64,000 nucleotides of DNA from Calditrichia bacterium (GCA_963777955.1 CAVZSQ010000017.1:231737-295736), one strand, 5' to 3'. Positions 1 to 10,326 are shown, counted from the first letter of the stretch. The notes: generated from the letters alone by a model not told the origin. Made by a program: numbers and translations.

Positions 1-548
1 TGGCGGTCAAAATGGATAAAGGATCCCGTCTGCAGGACGGCGACAAGATCGTCACCGGCGATAAAAGTTTTGCCGCGGTGCGCTTTGTCGACGATAACAG
101 TACCGTGCGTATCCGCGCCAATTCCACCTGCCGGATCAAGGCTAAAAAACAAAAAGATGAAATCCTGAAAAATGTATACCTGGAAGTCGGCGCCCTGTAT
201 GCCAAGGTTACCCAGCAGCGCGGCAAGTTTGAGATTTCGACCCCGACATCGGTAGCCAGTGTCAAGGGTACCGAATGGATCACCGAACAGAAATTCGAAG
301 GGGTAACCCTGTATCATTGCCTGGGCGGGGCAGTTGAAGTTTCCAACGAGGTCGGTACAGCCCTGGCCAGGGCCGGCGAGACGGTGGAAGTTGCCGATGG
401 CAAAACCGCTCCGGTAACCCGCAAAACCAAAGCCGGCGAAGGGATCTGGAGCGACGGTCTGGGACTGCAGGATGATTTTGAATTTGAATTTGAAAACCAG
501 TCCGGCGAGAAAAAGTTGCTGAAATTCGAAGTCAGTTCGGAGAAATAA
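1..548 (+). CDS. FecR-domain protein (anti-sigma/sensor-like), probably 5'-partial at the window edge
   Basis: ORF 12..548. FecR-like motif region ...FEISTPTSVASVKGTEW.... The first Met in the window may be internal, so the start may lie upstream of the window. Confidence 0.45.
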   Translation, partial: AVKMDKGSRLQDGDKIVTGDKSFAAVRFVDDNSTVRIRANSTCRIKAKKQKDEILKNVYLEVGALYAKVTQQRGKFEISTPTSVASVKGTEWITEQKFEGVTLYHCLGGAVEVSNEVGTALARAGETVEVADGKTAPVTRKTKAGEGIWSDGLGLQDDFEFEFENQSGEKKLLKFEVSSEK

Positions 549-838
549 TCCTAAAGATTCTTCATCCCGATGAATCGGGATTCAGAATGACAGATTGGTA
601 TTTTTAAGACAGTTTTAAGAGGTTCTCTGTTATCTTTTAATGAACCTTATCGGAAAATATGCTGACCCAGCTGATACTAAGGCTGATGAAAAAATTACTA
701 ATTACAATTCAAATTACCAATTACCAATTATATAATAACTGTAGCATAACTTATTATCAGAGAAATAAATTACGAGGTGTTTTATGAAGTTATTTAAATA
801 TATCATACCCGGCCTGTTGCTGCTTTCGGTTTTACGCC

Positions 839-2206
839 GTGCTGGCCGGCACCAATACAACCCTGTTCTATCATGATACTCCGCAGGGGGTGGTGCGCGG
901 TGATAATGTGCGTATTGAAGTTATGCTTAATACGCCGGGATCACAAATCTATGACATGTACCTGTTTTATCGCCAGGTTGGTAGCAACAATTACCAGCGG
1001 GTGGCCATGGAAAATGAGGGATTTCTTTATTATGCCTCGCTGAATACGGAGAACATCACGACCGGGCGGATCGAATATTATATCGGTTATGAAGGCGAAC
1101 TGGGTAAGATCGGTACGTTGCCCGAGGGGTCTGCCCAGACCAATCCTTTTGTCATGCTGGTTGCCCCGGCCCAGGTGGCTTCGCCAAAGAATGACGTGGA
1201 AATTATGGTAATCAGCCCGGATCCGGATGCGACCGTGGCTGCCGATGAACTGGTCATTGCCGCTTATTTGATGGGTGTGGGCAGCGATTTTGATTTTTCC
1301 AAAAGCAAATTGCTGATCGACGGAGCCAATGTGACCAGCATGATTGAATTTGCCGATGGGGTCATCACCTTTTCACCCAGGCAAATCAAAGGGGGCCCGC
1401 ATAATATTGAACTTAACCTGTATGATGCCGGGAATAATATGATCGGTAAAAAGGAATGGTCGTTCCGCGCCGGCGGCCAGGTCGAAGCACAGAGACCGTC
1501 TAACTACCGCGGATCGGTGTTCATGGAAGAACGCTATCAGGATGTCAGCGATATCAGCGATAATTTTGTACGCGGCGGGGGTGATTTCAGCGCGCGCTAC
1601 TCCAGACTCGAGGCCAACGCCCGCCTGCTTTTTTCTTCGGAGGAATCAGCCAACCGGCAACCGGTAAACCGTTATAGCCTGGGCCTGCGCTATAACCTGT
1701 CCGACTACAATAACCTGTATTTACGGGGCGGGGATTTTACGCCCATCCACAACCCGCTGACCTTCTATAATAAGCGGGTGCGCGGAGTTCAGGCCGGTCT
1801 GCAACTGGGCTTCTTCCTGTTTGATTTTGTTTATGGCCAGACCTACCGGGGCATTAATGGGGCAATCCGGCAGGATACTTCCGCCACTACCACGCTGGAC
1901 GGTGACCTGGTTATCTCCACTATAAACGAAGGGGGCATCTACGGTGAAAATGTCATGTCGCTGCGCCCGGGATTCCGTTTTGGTTCGCATGCTACCTGGA
2001 ATTTGAATCTGATCAATGCCAAGGAGGATCCCAAGTCCATTAAATACGGCAACAATCCCAAGGAATCACTGGTCGTCGGTACTGATCTGAATCTGAATTT
2101 CGATCAGCGCCGGATTTTATTCGAAGCGGCAGTGCAGGCCAGCATGGTCAACAGCAATGCCGGCGGACCGGAGATCAGTCTGGGATACTTTGACCAGCGT
2201 CTATAG
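839..2206 (+). CDS. Large outer-membrane protein, N-terminal part (one frameshifted gene spanning 784..3224)
   Basis: A Sec signal peptide MKLFKYIIPGLLLLSV is encoded from ATG 784 in a different frame. A T-tract (gtttta, ~831) separates it from this ORF. Ig-like N-terminal region followed by a beta-rich body; continues in ORF 2157..3224. Confidence 0.5.
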   Translation: MLAGTNTTLFYHDTPQGVVRGDNVRIEVMLNTPGSQIYDMYLFYRQVGSNNYQRVAMENEGFLYYASLNTENITTGRIEYYIGYEGELGKIGTLPEGSAQTNPFVMLVAPAQVASPKNDVEIMVISPDPDATVAADELVIAAYLMGVGSDFDFSKSKLLIDGANVTSMIEFADGVITFSPRQIKGGPHNIELNLYDAGNNMIGKKEWSFRAGGQVEAQRPSNYRGSVFMEERYQDVSDISDNFVRGGGDFSARYSRLEANARLLFSSEESANRQPVNRYSLGLRYNLSDYNNLYLRGGDFTPIHNPLTFYNKRVRGVQAGLQLGFFLFDFVYGQTYRGINGAIRQDTSATTTLDGDLVISTINEGGIYGENVMSLRPGFRFGSHATWNLNLINAKEDPKSIKYGNNPKESLVVGTDLNLNFDQRRILFEAAVQASMVNSNAGGPEISLGYFDQRL

Positions 2207-3224
2207 CGGGTTGAAAGATAATTCCACGGCAGAGAGCATGTTTAACCTGCTGGAGAGCACCGGTTTTCTGTCCATTACCCCGGGACTGAGCCCTTATCCC
2301 AGCCTGGGCCTGAATCTGGAAGCCACCTTCCGTTATTTTAACAACGATCTGCAGGTAAAATATCTCAGCCTGGCTAAAAATTTCGCCACCCCCGGTAATC
2401 CATACCTGTTAAAAGACATGGCCGGTATTTACATTAATGATTACATGCGGGTGCTGAACAACCAATTGTATATCAATTTATTTTATAACAATTTTAATCA
2501 GGATAAATCTGATGACTTGCTGAGTACCGCCAATCAGGAAATCGGCACTACGATTTCCTATTTCCCGGTGGGCAATATTCCGTCGTTTACCGTCGGTTAT
2601 GCCAGCATCAGCCGCAGCAATGACATTGCGGCTAACGATACCGCCGCTTTTGTCAATCCGCAATATTATATGGAAGATAATTCCACCCAGCGCTTCATGC
2701 TCTCCACCACCTATAACCTGGAAGTCAGCAGGGTAAAAAATGCCGTGTCACTGACCATGAATACCTATGGCCGGGATGAAAATGTTGAGTTTAAAAAAGA
2801 GAACGCCAGTGATTTTACGCTGTACGGCATCGGGGTGGTCAGCAAATTTCAGATCCCGCTGATCACCCGGGTCAATTATTCGCAATCGGCCAGCAATTTT
2901 GGCACGGCGGCCGCATCAAAATATGAAACGGATATTCAAAGAATATTTTTAGGTGTTGAATATGAACTGCTTAATTTGATCGGTGCCGATGTGCTGAAAC
3001 CGTTTGTGAATGTAACCCTGCAGAATATTAACAGTAAAAGCCAGGGCGGGAGTTTCGATTCGCCCAGGAATAACTACACGGTCGGCCTGGCTTACCGCAA
3101 TCAGCAATGGGGTGTTTTCTCACTGCGCTTTGATCAGATAGCCTATGAACTTCCCGGGGTGGGTGACACCACGGATGATTTTTCCGATACGATATTTAAT
3201 CTGCGGTATCAGTATAACTTTTAA
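2157..3224 (+). CDS. Large outer-membrane beta-barrel protein, C-terminal part (same gene as 839..2206, second frameshift ~2160-2200)
   Basis: Overlaps the previous ORF by 50 nt in another frame. Alternating amphipathic beta-strand pattern. Ends ...NLRYQYNF with a C-terminal Phe typical of OM beta-barrels. Confidence 0.5.
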   Translation: MPADRRSVWDTLTSVYSGLKDNSTAESMFNLLESTGFLSITPGLSPYPSLGLNLEATFRYFNNDLQVKYLSLAKNFATPGNPYLLKDMAGIYINDYMRVLNNQLYINLFYNNFNQDKSDDLLSTANQEIGTTISYFPVGNIPSFTVGYASISRSNDIAANDTAAFVNPQYYMEDNSTQRFMLSTTYNLEVSRVKNAVSLTMNTYGRDENVEFKKENASDFTLYGIGVVSKFQIPLITRVNYSQSASNFGTAAASKYETDIQRIFLGVEYELLNLIGADVLKPFVNVTLQNINSKSQGGSFDSPRNNYTVGLAYRNQQWGVFSLRFDQIAYELPGVGDTTDDFSDTIFNLRYQYNF

Positions 3225-3288
3225 ACGTCTGCTAAGGCGACTGCGCTGAACGCTGTCTGGATGTGGCAATAAACAAGGGTGAAAAAAT

Positions 3289-3660
3289 ATGGCAAAATCC
3301 CAAAAGTATAACGCCCGGCCTGTTACTTCGCTATTGATCGTCGCCGGGGCGGTCCTGCTGGCTGTGATCATCGGACAGTTAACCCCCCTGCTTAATTTGG
3401 AATTGAACTTACTGGATTACCGCTTTAAGATCAGGGGCACGCAAAGTGTGGTCAAGTCACCAATAGTCATTCTGGCCATCGATGATCAATCGGATGAATC
3501 AACACCGGCCCGCTGGCCCTGGCCGCGCAGTTATTATGCCCACGTCATTGAGAATCTGAATGAAGCCGGCGTAAAAGCGATCGGCATCGACGTCATATTC
3601 GATCAGGCCGATCAGAATGGTGCGCAGTCGGATAGCCTGCTGGTCGAGGCTCTCAGATAA
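3289..3660 (+). CDS. CHASE2 sensor domain, N-terminal fragment of a CHASE2-adenylate/guanylate cyclase (frameshift ~3655)
   Basis: TM helix followed by CHASE2-like sequence (ILAIDDQSDE...WPWPRSYYAHVIENL). The reading frame breaks at 'agaTaaatat'; removing one T restores ...EALRKYKNVVLAG. Confidence 0.6.
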   Translation: MAKSQKYNARPVTSLLIVAGAVLLAVIIGQLTPLLNLELNLLDYRFKIRGTQSVVKSPIVILAIDDQSDESTPARWPWPRSYYAHVIENLNEAGVKAIGIDVIFDQADQNGAQSDSLLVEALR

Positions 3661-5452
3661 ATATAAAAACGTGGTGCTGGCCGGGAAAATCGATATTCCG
3701 GCCGGTGGCCGCACCGATATGGCCACACTGGTTCCTCCCTATGAAATTTTTCGTCGGAGCGGAGTACAGTGGGGCCTGGTCTCCTTCGACCTGGATCAGG
3801 ATGGATTTTACCGCCGTTATCTGGTTGGACAAAATTATAATGACAGCCTATATTCTTCTTTTGCCACACAATTACTCAGAATATATAAAGGTATTCCTGC
3901 GCAGGTCACCCTGGCCGACAGCGGAAGTTTTTTTCAGTTAGACACTTTTAAGATTCCCAAAATAAACAGTTATTCGACATTGATTAATTATGCCGGACCG
4001 GCCGGCACTTTCCGGCAATATTCTTTTGATGCCGTGCTCGATGATGAAGATTTCGATCTGATCGAAGAATATGATCTGGATGCTTTCAGCGATATCGGTG
4101 ATATTGCCAGTGGTATTCCGCCGGGTCTGTGCTGCTCCGGGGATTTAAAGGATAAAATCGTCCTGATCGGTTCCACCATGAAGGAATTGCACGACGATTT
4201 CCCCACCCCTTTTCTGGAAGTGCGGGATGCCCAGGGTCGATCCAGTAAAGTGCTGACCAACGGAGTGGAGATCCATGCCAATACCCTGAATATGATTCTA
4301 AATCAGCAATATCTCCGGCAGATTTCTTTCTGGTGGCAGATAGCCATTCTGGTTTTACTGGCCATTGCTGTTTATTTCCTGACCCGGTTTTTACCCACTT
4401 TCTGGGGGATGTTGATAACTATAATTATTGCCCTGGCTTATTTTGGGCTGGCTTTTGTTTCCTTTTCATTCTGGAGTACAATTATTGAGCTCAGTACGCC
4501 GATACTGGCCATAGCTTTTGCTTACCTGGGCCAGACGGTTTATCAGTACATCCTGTCGCAGAAAGAAAAGAGATGGATCCAGGATGCCTTCAGCCATTAT
4601 GTTCCGGCCAAAGTGGTTAAGGAAATCGTCAAGGATCCGGACAAGTTAAAACTGGGCGGCGAGGAACAGGTGGTTACGGTGCTATTTTCCGACATCGCCG
4701 GGTTTACACCCCTCTCCGAAAAAATGAGTCCGGCTGAGCTGGTCCGTCTGCTGAATGAATATCTGACCGAGATGACCGATATCATCCTGGCCAATGAGGG
4801 TATCATCGATAAATATGAAGGGGATGCCATCATGGCCGAGTTTGGCATTCCGGTCAATTATGCCAATCATCCATATATGGCCTGTAAAGCAGCACTGCTG
4901 ATGCAGCAGCGCCTGAAATTTTTACGGCAAAAATGGCAGGATGCCGGTAAACCGGTAATCAAGGCCAGGGTGGGCATCAATACCGGCAATGTCATTGTCG
5001 GCAACATGGGCTCGCGCGATGTGCTGGATTATACGGTGATGGGTGATAATGTAAACCTGGGCGCCAGGCTGGAAAGCGCCAATAAATTTTATGGTACCAG
5101 TATCATGATCAGTGATTTTACTTATGAATACGTCAAAAATGATTTCTACACACGCGAACTGGATTCAATCCGCGTGGTTGGTAAAGCAAAACCGGTGAAA
5201 GTTCATGAATTAATCGCTTTTAAAGATGAAAAATTAAGCGATAATTTTATGCAGTTATTGGAAAAATACCAGGAAGGTCTGCAATTCTATAAAACCCAGA
5301 AGTGGGATAAAGCCATCACGACATTTGAAGCCTGCCTGCAGTTAGTACCGGACGACACCCCTTCGGCCGAATACCGTACCCGCTGTATCGAGTATAAATT
5401 CAACAGTCCGGGACCGGATTGGGATGGTGTTACGGATCTGAAGGGCAAATAG
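3617..5452 (+). CDS. CHASE2-linked class III nucleotidyl (adenylate/guanylate) cyclase, main part
   Basis: CHASE2 continuation, two TM helices, then a cyclase catalytic domain (VTVLFSDIAGFTPLSE...EGDAIMAEFG...GINTGNVIVGNMGS) and a C-terminal TPR-like tail. Confidence 0.7.
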   Translation: MVRSRIACWSRLSDKYKNVVLAGKIDIPAGGRTDMATLVPPYEIFRRSGVQWGLVSFDLDQDGFYRRYLVGQNYNDSLYSSFATQLLRIYKGIPAQVTLADSGSFFQLDTFKIPKINSYSTLINYAGPAGTFRQYSFDAVLDDEDFDLIEEYDLDAFSDIGDIASGIPPGLCCSGDLKDKIVLIGSTMKELHDDFPTPFLEVRDAQGRSSKVLTNGVEIHANTLNMILNQQYLRQISFWWQIAILVLLAIAVYFLTRFLPTFWGMLITIIIALAYFGLAFVSFSFWSTIIELSTPILAIAFAYLGQTVYQYILSQKEKRWIQDAFSHYVPAKVVKEIVKDPDKLKLGGEEQVVTVLFSDIAGFTPLSEKMSPAELVRLLNEYLTEMTDIILANEGIIDKYEGDAIMAEFGIPVNYANHPYMACKAALLMQQRLKFLRQKWQDAGKPVIKARVGINTGNVIVGNMGSRDVLDYTVMGDNVNLGARLESANKFYGTSIMISDFTYEYVKNDFYTRELDSIRVVGKAKPVKVHELIAFKDEKLSDNFMQLLEKYQEGLQFYKTQKWDKAITTFEACLQLVPDDTPSAEYRTRCIEYKFNSPGPDWDGVTDLKGK

Positions 5453-5559
5453 TATCCCCGCCTGACCGGTTTATTTAACGCACAACTTAAGCAGAATTAA
5501 TCATTTGACAAAACCTGGATATTTCTTTACTTTTTGTTTCTATTTTTAAGGATTCAGTG

Positions 5560-7120
5560 ATGTTAAAAAAGCGTATTCTTTGGGCCGATGATGAAATCGA
5601 ATTACTGCAATCGCATATCCTGTACCTGCAGACCAGGGGATATGAGGTGGAGACGGTAACCAACGGTGATGATGCCATCGGCAAATTCAGCCGAGGGTAA
5701 TTTCGATATCGTGCTGCTGGACGAGATGATGACCGGCAAGGATGGCCTGGCCACACTGCAGGAGATCAAAAACATCTCACCGCAGATCCCGGTGATCATG
5801 ATCACCAAAAATGAAGAAGAACGGTTGATGGAGGATGCCATTGGCCAGAAAATCGATGATTACCTGACCAAGCCGGTCAATCCCAGCCAGATTTTATTAG
5901 CCTGCAAAAAAATTCTGGACAGCAAGAATATCGCCACCGAGCAAAAAAGCCGGAAATACACGGAAGAATTAAAGCAATTTTCGGAACAGTTATCGAGCCC
6001 ACTGAATCATAAGGACTGGATTGAATTGAATTTAAATTTATTCAAATGGGACCTGGAAATTGACAGTTCGATGGAGCCGCAGTACCGCGAGATCTTCAAT
6101 GACCAGCGCCGGGAATGCAACGTGGAATTCGGGAAATACATCGAGAAAAATTATCAGAACTGGATCTGGAAAAAAGAGGAGTCGCCGCTGCTGTCCACGG
6201 ACCTGGTTAAAAAATATGTCATCCCGGAACTGCGGCAGAAGCAAAACGTGATCCTGCTGGTCATCGACTGCCTGCGCCTGGATCAATGGCTGGTGCTGGA
6301 ACCGTTTTTTTACGATTACGTCAATGTAATCCGCGATTATTATTTTTCGGTACTGCCGACGGCCACCCCTTTTTCGCGCAATGCCATTTTCAGCGGGTTA
6401 TTCCCTGAAGAAATCGAAAAAAAATATCCGGAGTTATGGGTCAGGGACGATGAGGATGAAAATAGTTTGAACAAATACGAGAAGGAGTTGCTCGAACAGA
6501 ATCTGCAGCGTAATGGTATTAATCTGGAGCGCGGGATCAAATATATCAAAATCATGAATAACGACGATGCCAGATATCTGGAGAAGAATCTGAACTCGTT
6601 TATGGATACCCCCCTGCTGGCAATTGTCCTGAATTTTGTCGATGTGCTGGCGCACAGCCGTTCCGATCTGCCGATCCTGAAGGAAATTGCTCCCAATGAA
6701 TCGGCCTATCGTTCGCTGACCCGCAGCTGGTTTGAGCATTCCCCGATGTTTAATGTGATGAGAGAACTGGCCAAATCCAACCGCAGCTTTTTCATCACCA
6801 CCGATCACGGCAGCATCCGGGGGATGCGCGGCACCAGGGTGATCGGCGACCGGGAATCATCCACCAATCTGCGTTATAAGTATGGCCGCAGTCTGAAAGT
6901 CGAAAGGAAAAATGCCATTTATGTCAAGAATCCGTCTGATTTCAAACTGCCCAGGCGCGGGATCAATACGACGTATATAATTGCCAAGGAAGATTATTAT
7001 TTCATTTATCCCACCAATTATAATAAATACTTAAATTATTACAAGGACAGTTTTCAGCATGGCGGAGCCTCGATGGAGGAGATGATTTTACCGTTCATCC
7101 GCCTGGAGCGGAAGGGTTAG
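5560..7120 (+). CDS. porX: PorX-family T9SS response regulator: CheY-like receiver + PglZ (alkaline-phosphatase-like) domain. Frameshift at ~5695
   Basis: MLKKRILWADDEIELLQSHILYLQTRGYEVETVTNGDDA... then, after a +1 shift, ...NFDIVLLDEMMTGKDGLATLQEIK...IPVIMITKNEEE...DYLTKPVNPSQILL. Near-identical architecture and motifs to P. gingivalis PorX. PglZ motifs VIDCLRLDQW, TATPFSRNAIFSG, TTDHGSI. Confidence 0.8.
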
Positions 7121-7564
7121 ATGAAACAGGAGGTACTGATTATCCGGGAAGTGGCCGATCAAAAGGAATCATCCGCCTTCGCCGCCGAAGCGGTCGCCTT
7201 CTTTGAGGCGAATGATACGATTTTACTTTACGGCGAACTGGGCAGCGGCAAGACTTTCCTGGTGAAGGAATTTGCCCGGTTACTGGGTTCGCAGCATCCG
7301 GTCAGCAGTCCTTCTTTTACCATTGTGAATCAGTACAGCGGAAAATTTCTGATCAATCACATTGATCTATACAGAATTTCCGACCTGCGTGAAATACAAA
7401 ATTTAGGATTGGATGATTTCTGGGACAGGGGGTATATAAATTTTGTGGAGTGGCCGGATATAATCGAATCAAGTATTACCTGGCCGCATTTCAGAATTAA
7501 TATCGAAGCGCATTTTCCGTTAAAATACTGGCGCAGGTTCAGGTTAAGCCGCCATGCCGGATAA
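7121..7564 (+). CDS. tsaE: tRNA t6A37 threonylcarbamoyladenosine biosynthesis protein TsaE
   Basis: P-loop LYGELGSGKTFLVKEFARLLG. YjeE-family size. Followed by tsaB and rimI. Confidence 0.8.
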   Translation: MKQEVLIIREVADQKESSAFAAEAVAFFEANDTILLYGELGSGKTFLVKEFARLLGSQHPVSSPSFTIVNQYSGKFLINHIDLYRISDLREIQNLGLDDFWDRGYINFVEWPDIIESSITWPHFRINIEAHFPLKYWRRFRLSRHAG

Positions 7565-8216
7565 TCCATTAGTACTGGGCCTGGACACTTCCGGGATAAA
7601 GTGCCTGGTGGCACTGTGGCGGGATAATCAGGTTCTATACCAGCAGACCGTGACAGCACCCAATCTGCATTCGACCCTGCTGGCCGGCCTGGTCGGCGGC
7701 GGATTGCAAGAACTGCAACTGGAACCTGATGCGGTGCAATTAGTGTGTGTAACCTGCGGACCGGGTTCTTTTACCGGGTTGCGTATCGGGATGGCTTATG
7801 CCAAGGGATTCTGCTTTGCCCTGCAGATACCGCTGATAGCAGTGACAAATTTTGAATTACTGGCACTGCAGGTACAGGATCGGGCCAGGCCCATTTTTGC
7901 CCTGATCGATGCCCGCCGGGAATCCTGTTACCTGGGTATCTTTAAGCAGAGTCCGCAGGAACTTGCTGAATATAAAATTGTGCAGATATCCGAACTGGAT
8001 CAGCACATCGGGGCAGAAGGGTGTATTGTAATTGAAGCACGGCAGGATGGCGCCGGGTGCAATTTACCAGCGGAGTTAAAAGACAGGATAATCCGGGTCA
8101 GCAGCGAACCGGGCGGTATCTGCCGGTTGGGCTACCTGAAATATCAACGGGGAGAACAGGCTGATCCGGCTCAGTTAGAGCCTTTATACATTCAGTCGTT
8201 TGCCGGGGTGTTATGA
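7554..8216 (+). CDS. tsaB: tRNA t6A biosynthesis protein TsaB (YeaZ)
   Basis: LGLDTSGIKCLVAL...GPGSFTGLRIG motif. Overlaps tsaE. Confidence 0.8.
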   Translation: MPDNPLVLGLDTSGIKCLVALWRDNQVLYQQTVTAPNLHSTLLAGLVGGGLQELQLEPDAVQLVCVTCGPGSFTGLRIGMAYAKGFCFALQIPLIAVTNFELLALQVQDRARPIFALIDARRESCYLGIFKQSPQELAEYKIVQISELDQHIGAEGCIVIEARQDGAGCNLPAELKDRIIRVSSEPGGICRLGYLKYQRGEQADPAQLEPLYIQSFAGVL

Positions 8217-8674
8217 ACCTGCACTTCCGCAAGATGCAGCATCAGGATATTGCCGAAGTTTACAAGATTGAATGCGATCTGTTCCAGGATCCCTGGTCTT
8301 ACGAAAGTTTTGTGCGGGATGTGGAAGATGAGCAGATCGCCAGTGCTTTTGTAGTTGAATTAGAAAAAGACATTGCCGGTTATGCCATCTGCTGGAACTA
8401 CTCCAGCGAGATTCATATCGGCAACATCGCGGTTTCCAGAAAATGGCAGCGGCAGGGTATCGGTGCTTTTATCCTGAGTAAGCTGCTGGAATATTTTAAA
8501 GATGTGGAGGTTTCCTATCTGGAAGTCCGGGAGCACAATCAGCCGGCAATCAGTTTATATCAGAAATTTGGTTTTGAAACCATGTATGTCAGGAAAGGAT
8601 ACTATCCTGACGGCGAGAATGCATTGGTCATGGTAAAAAAAATCATCAACCGAGGAGAAAATGGATTGGTTTAA
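8213..8674 (+). CDS. rimI: Ribosomal-protein-alanine N-acetyltransferase RimI (GNAT)
   Basis: GNAT acetyl-CoA motif (VSRKWQRQGIGAFIL). Canonical tsaE-tsaB-rimI synteny. Confidence 0.75.
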   Translation: MNLHFRKMQHQDIAEVYKIECDLFQDPWSYESFVRDVEDEQIASAFVVELEKDIAGYAICWNYSSEIHIGNIAVSRKWQRQGIGAFILSKLLEYFKDVEVSYLEVREHNQPAISLYQKFGFETMYVRKGYYPDGENALVMVKKIINRGENGLV

Positions 8675-9518
8675 AAGGAAAAAAGAAGTATTAAAATCTG
8701 TAGAGCGGAAAGAAATTCCGGATGGATTATGGATCAAGTGCGAGGAATGCGGCGAGATAATTTATAAAAAGGAATTGGAGAAAAAACTCTACGTCTGTCC
8801 CAAATGTGATTATCATTTTCGCATCGGCAGTTATGACTATATCGACATTTTACTGGATAGCGACACCTTCGAGGAGTTCAACCAGCATATCAGTTCCAGC
8901 GATCCGCTGCGCTTCAGGGATAATAAAAAGTACTCGGAAAAATATCAGAGTGCGGTCAAAAAAACCGGCTTAAAAGAAGCGGTGGTTACCGGCCGGGGCA
9001 AGTTGGACGGGCTGGATATCGTACTGGCTTTTATGGATTTTTCTTTCCTGGGCGGCAGTATGGGTTCGGTGGTGGGTGAAAAAATATCCCGGGCGATCAG
9101 CGCCGCGCTGGAAGAAAAAAAGGCGTTGATCATCATCTCGTCTTCGGGCGGAGCCCGCATGCACGAAGGGGTACTCAGCCTGATGCAGATGGCGAAAACC
9201 AGCGCCAAACTGGCCATGCTGGCCGATCAGGGTTTACCGTTTATTTCTATATTGACCAATCCCACTACCGGGGGTACCACGGCCAGTTATGCCATGCTGG
9301 GGGATATTCATATCGCCGAACCGGGTGCGCTGATCGGTTTTGCCGGACCCCGTGTGATCAAACAGACCATCGGCCAGGATTTACCCCCCGGATTCCAGCG
9401 CTCGGAATTTTTACTGGAGCATGGATTCATTGATGTGATTGTGCACCGCAATGAATTAAAAAATCATATCAGCGGGATTTTGAAATTCTTTCAGCATAAA
9501 AATCAACCGGACAAATAA
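8661..9518 (+). CDS. accD: Acetyl-CoA carboxylase carboxyltransferase subunit beta AccD
   Basis: N-terminal zinc ribbon CEECGEIIYKKELEKKLYVCPKCDYHFRI plus carboxyltransferase domain. Confidence 0.9.
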   Translation: MDWFKRKKEVLKSVERKEIPDGLWIKCEECGEIIYKKELEKKLYVCPKCDYHFRIGSYDYIDILLDSDTFEEFNQHISSSDPLRFRDNKKYSEKYQSAVKKTGLKEAVVTGRGKLDGLDIVLAFMDFSFLGGSMGSVVGEKISRAISAALEEKKALIIISSSGGARMHEGVLSLMQMAKTSAKLAMLADQGLPFISILTNPTTGGTTASYAMLGDIHIAEPGALIGFAGPRVIKQTIGQDLPPGFQRSEFLLEHGFIDVIVHRNELKNHISGILKFFQHKNQPDK

Positions 9519-9567
9519 GCGTGGGGTCGCGGATAACAGGTATAATTAAGCAGTTGCGGGTGGCAGG

Positions 9568-10326
9568 GTGAATATTCTGATTACCAATGATGACGGCATA
9601 CATGCAGCGGGACTGTACCAGTTGAAGCAGGCCTTGCAGCAGATTGCCGAGGTACTGGTGGTGGCACCGGATACGGAGCAGAGCGCCGTAGGTCATGCTA
9701 TAACCGTGTCCGATCCGCTGCGTGTCTACCCGGTGGAAAAGGATAATAGTTTTTTCGGCTACGCGGTCAATGGTACCCCGGCTGATTGCGTCAAACTCGG
9801 CCTGAAATGCCTGCTGGAAAAAAAGGCGGACCTGGTTGTATCCGGAATTAATTTGGGTCCCAACACCGGCACAAATATTATATATTCCGGGACCGTTTCA
9901 GCGGCAGCCGAAGCCGTGATCATGGGTGTTCCCGGTCTGGCTTTGTCGATCGCTTCTTTTCATGTTCATGAATATGAATTTGCCTGTACCCTGGCCGTTA
10001 CCCTGGCGCAAAAGATATTGAAACATGGACTCCGGCCGGGCACGTTATTAAATGTGAATGTACCGGCGTTGAAAAGCAGTGAAATTAAGGGGGTGGTCAT
10101 CACCCGGCAGGGTAAGGCCCGCTTTGAGGAATCATTCGATAAACGGGTCGATCCGACCAACCGGGTCTATTACTGGCTGACCGGTAAACGCTTGTACCTG
10201 GATAAAGAGGATGATCTTGATGACGTGGTGGTTCAGCAGCACAAGGTTTCGATCACTCCGATACGTTATGATTTGACCGATCTGACGATGTTGACGGAAC
10301 TGAAAAAATGGGAAATTGAACGGTGA
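9568..10326 (+). CDS. surE: 5'/3'-nucleotidase SurE
   Basis: MNILITNDDGIHAAGL... N-terminal SurE signature. Confidence 0.9.
   Translation: MNILITNDDGIHAAGLYQLKQALQQIAEVLVVAPDTEQSAVGHAITVSDPLRVYPVEKDNSFFGYAVNGTPADCVKLGLKCLLEKKADLVVSGINLGPNTGTNIIYSGTVSAAAEAVIMGVPGLALSIASFHVHEYEFACTLAVTLAQKILKHGLRPGTLLNVNVPALKSSEIKGVVITRQGKARFEESFDKRVDPTNRVYYWLTGKRLYLDKEDDLDDVVVQQHKVSITPIRYDLTDLTMLTELKKWEIER

Noticed and set aside
5666-5700. MMMPSANSAEG... N-terminus of ORF 5666..7120 taken as a real start.
   Set aside because: This is an artefact of the frameshift. The receiver domain begins at ATG 5560 in the other frame, and the sequences splice into a canonical PorX receiver.
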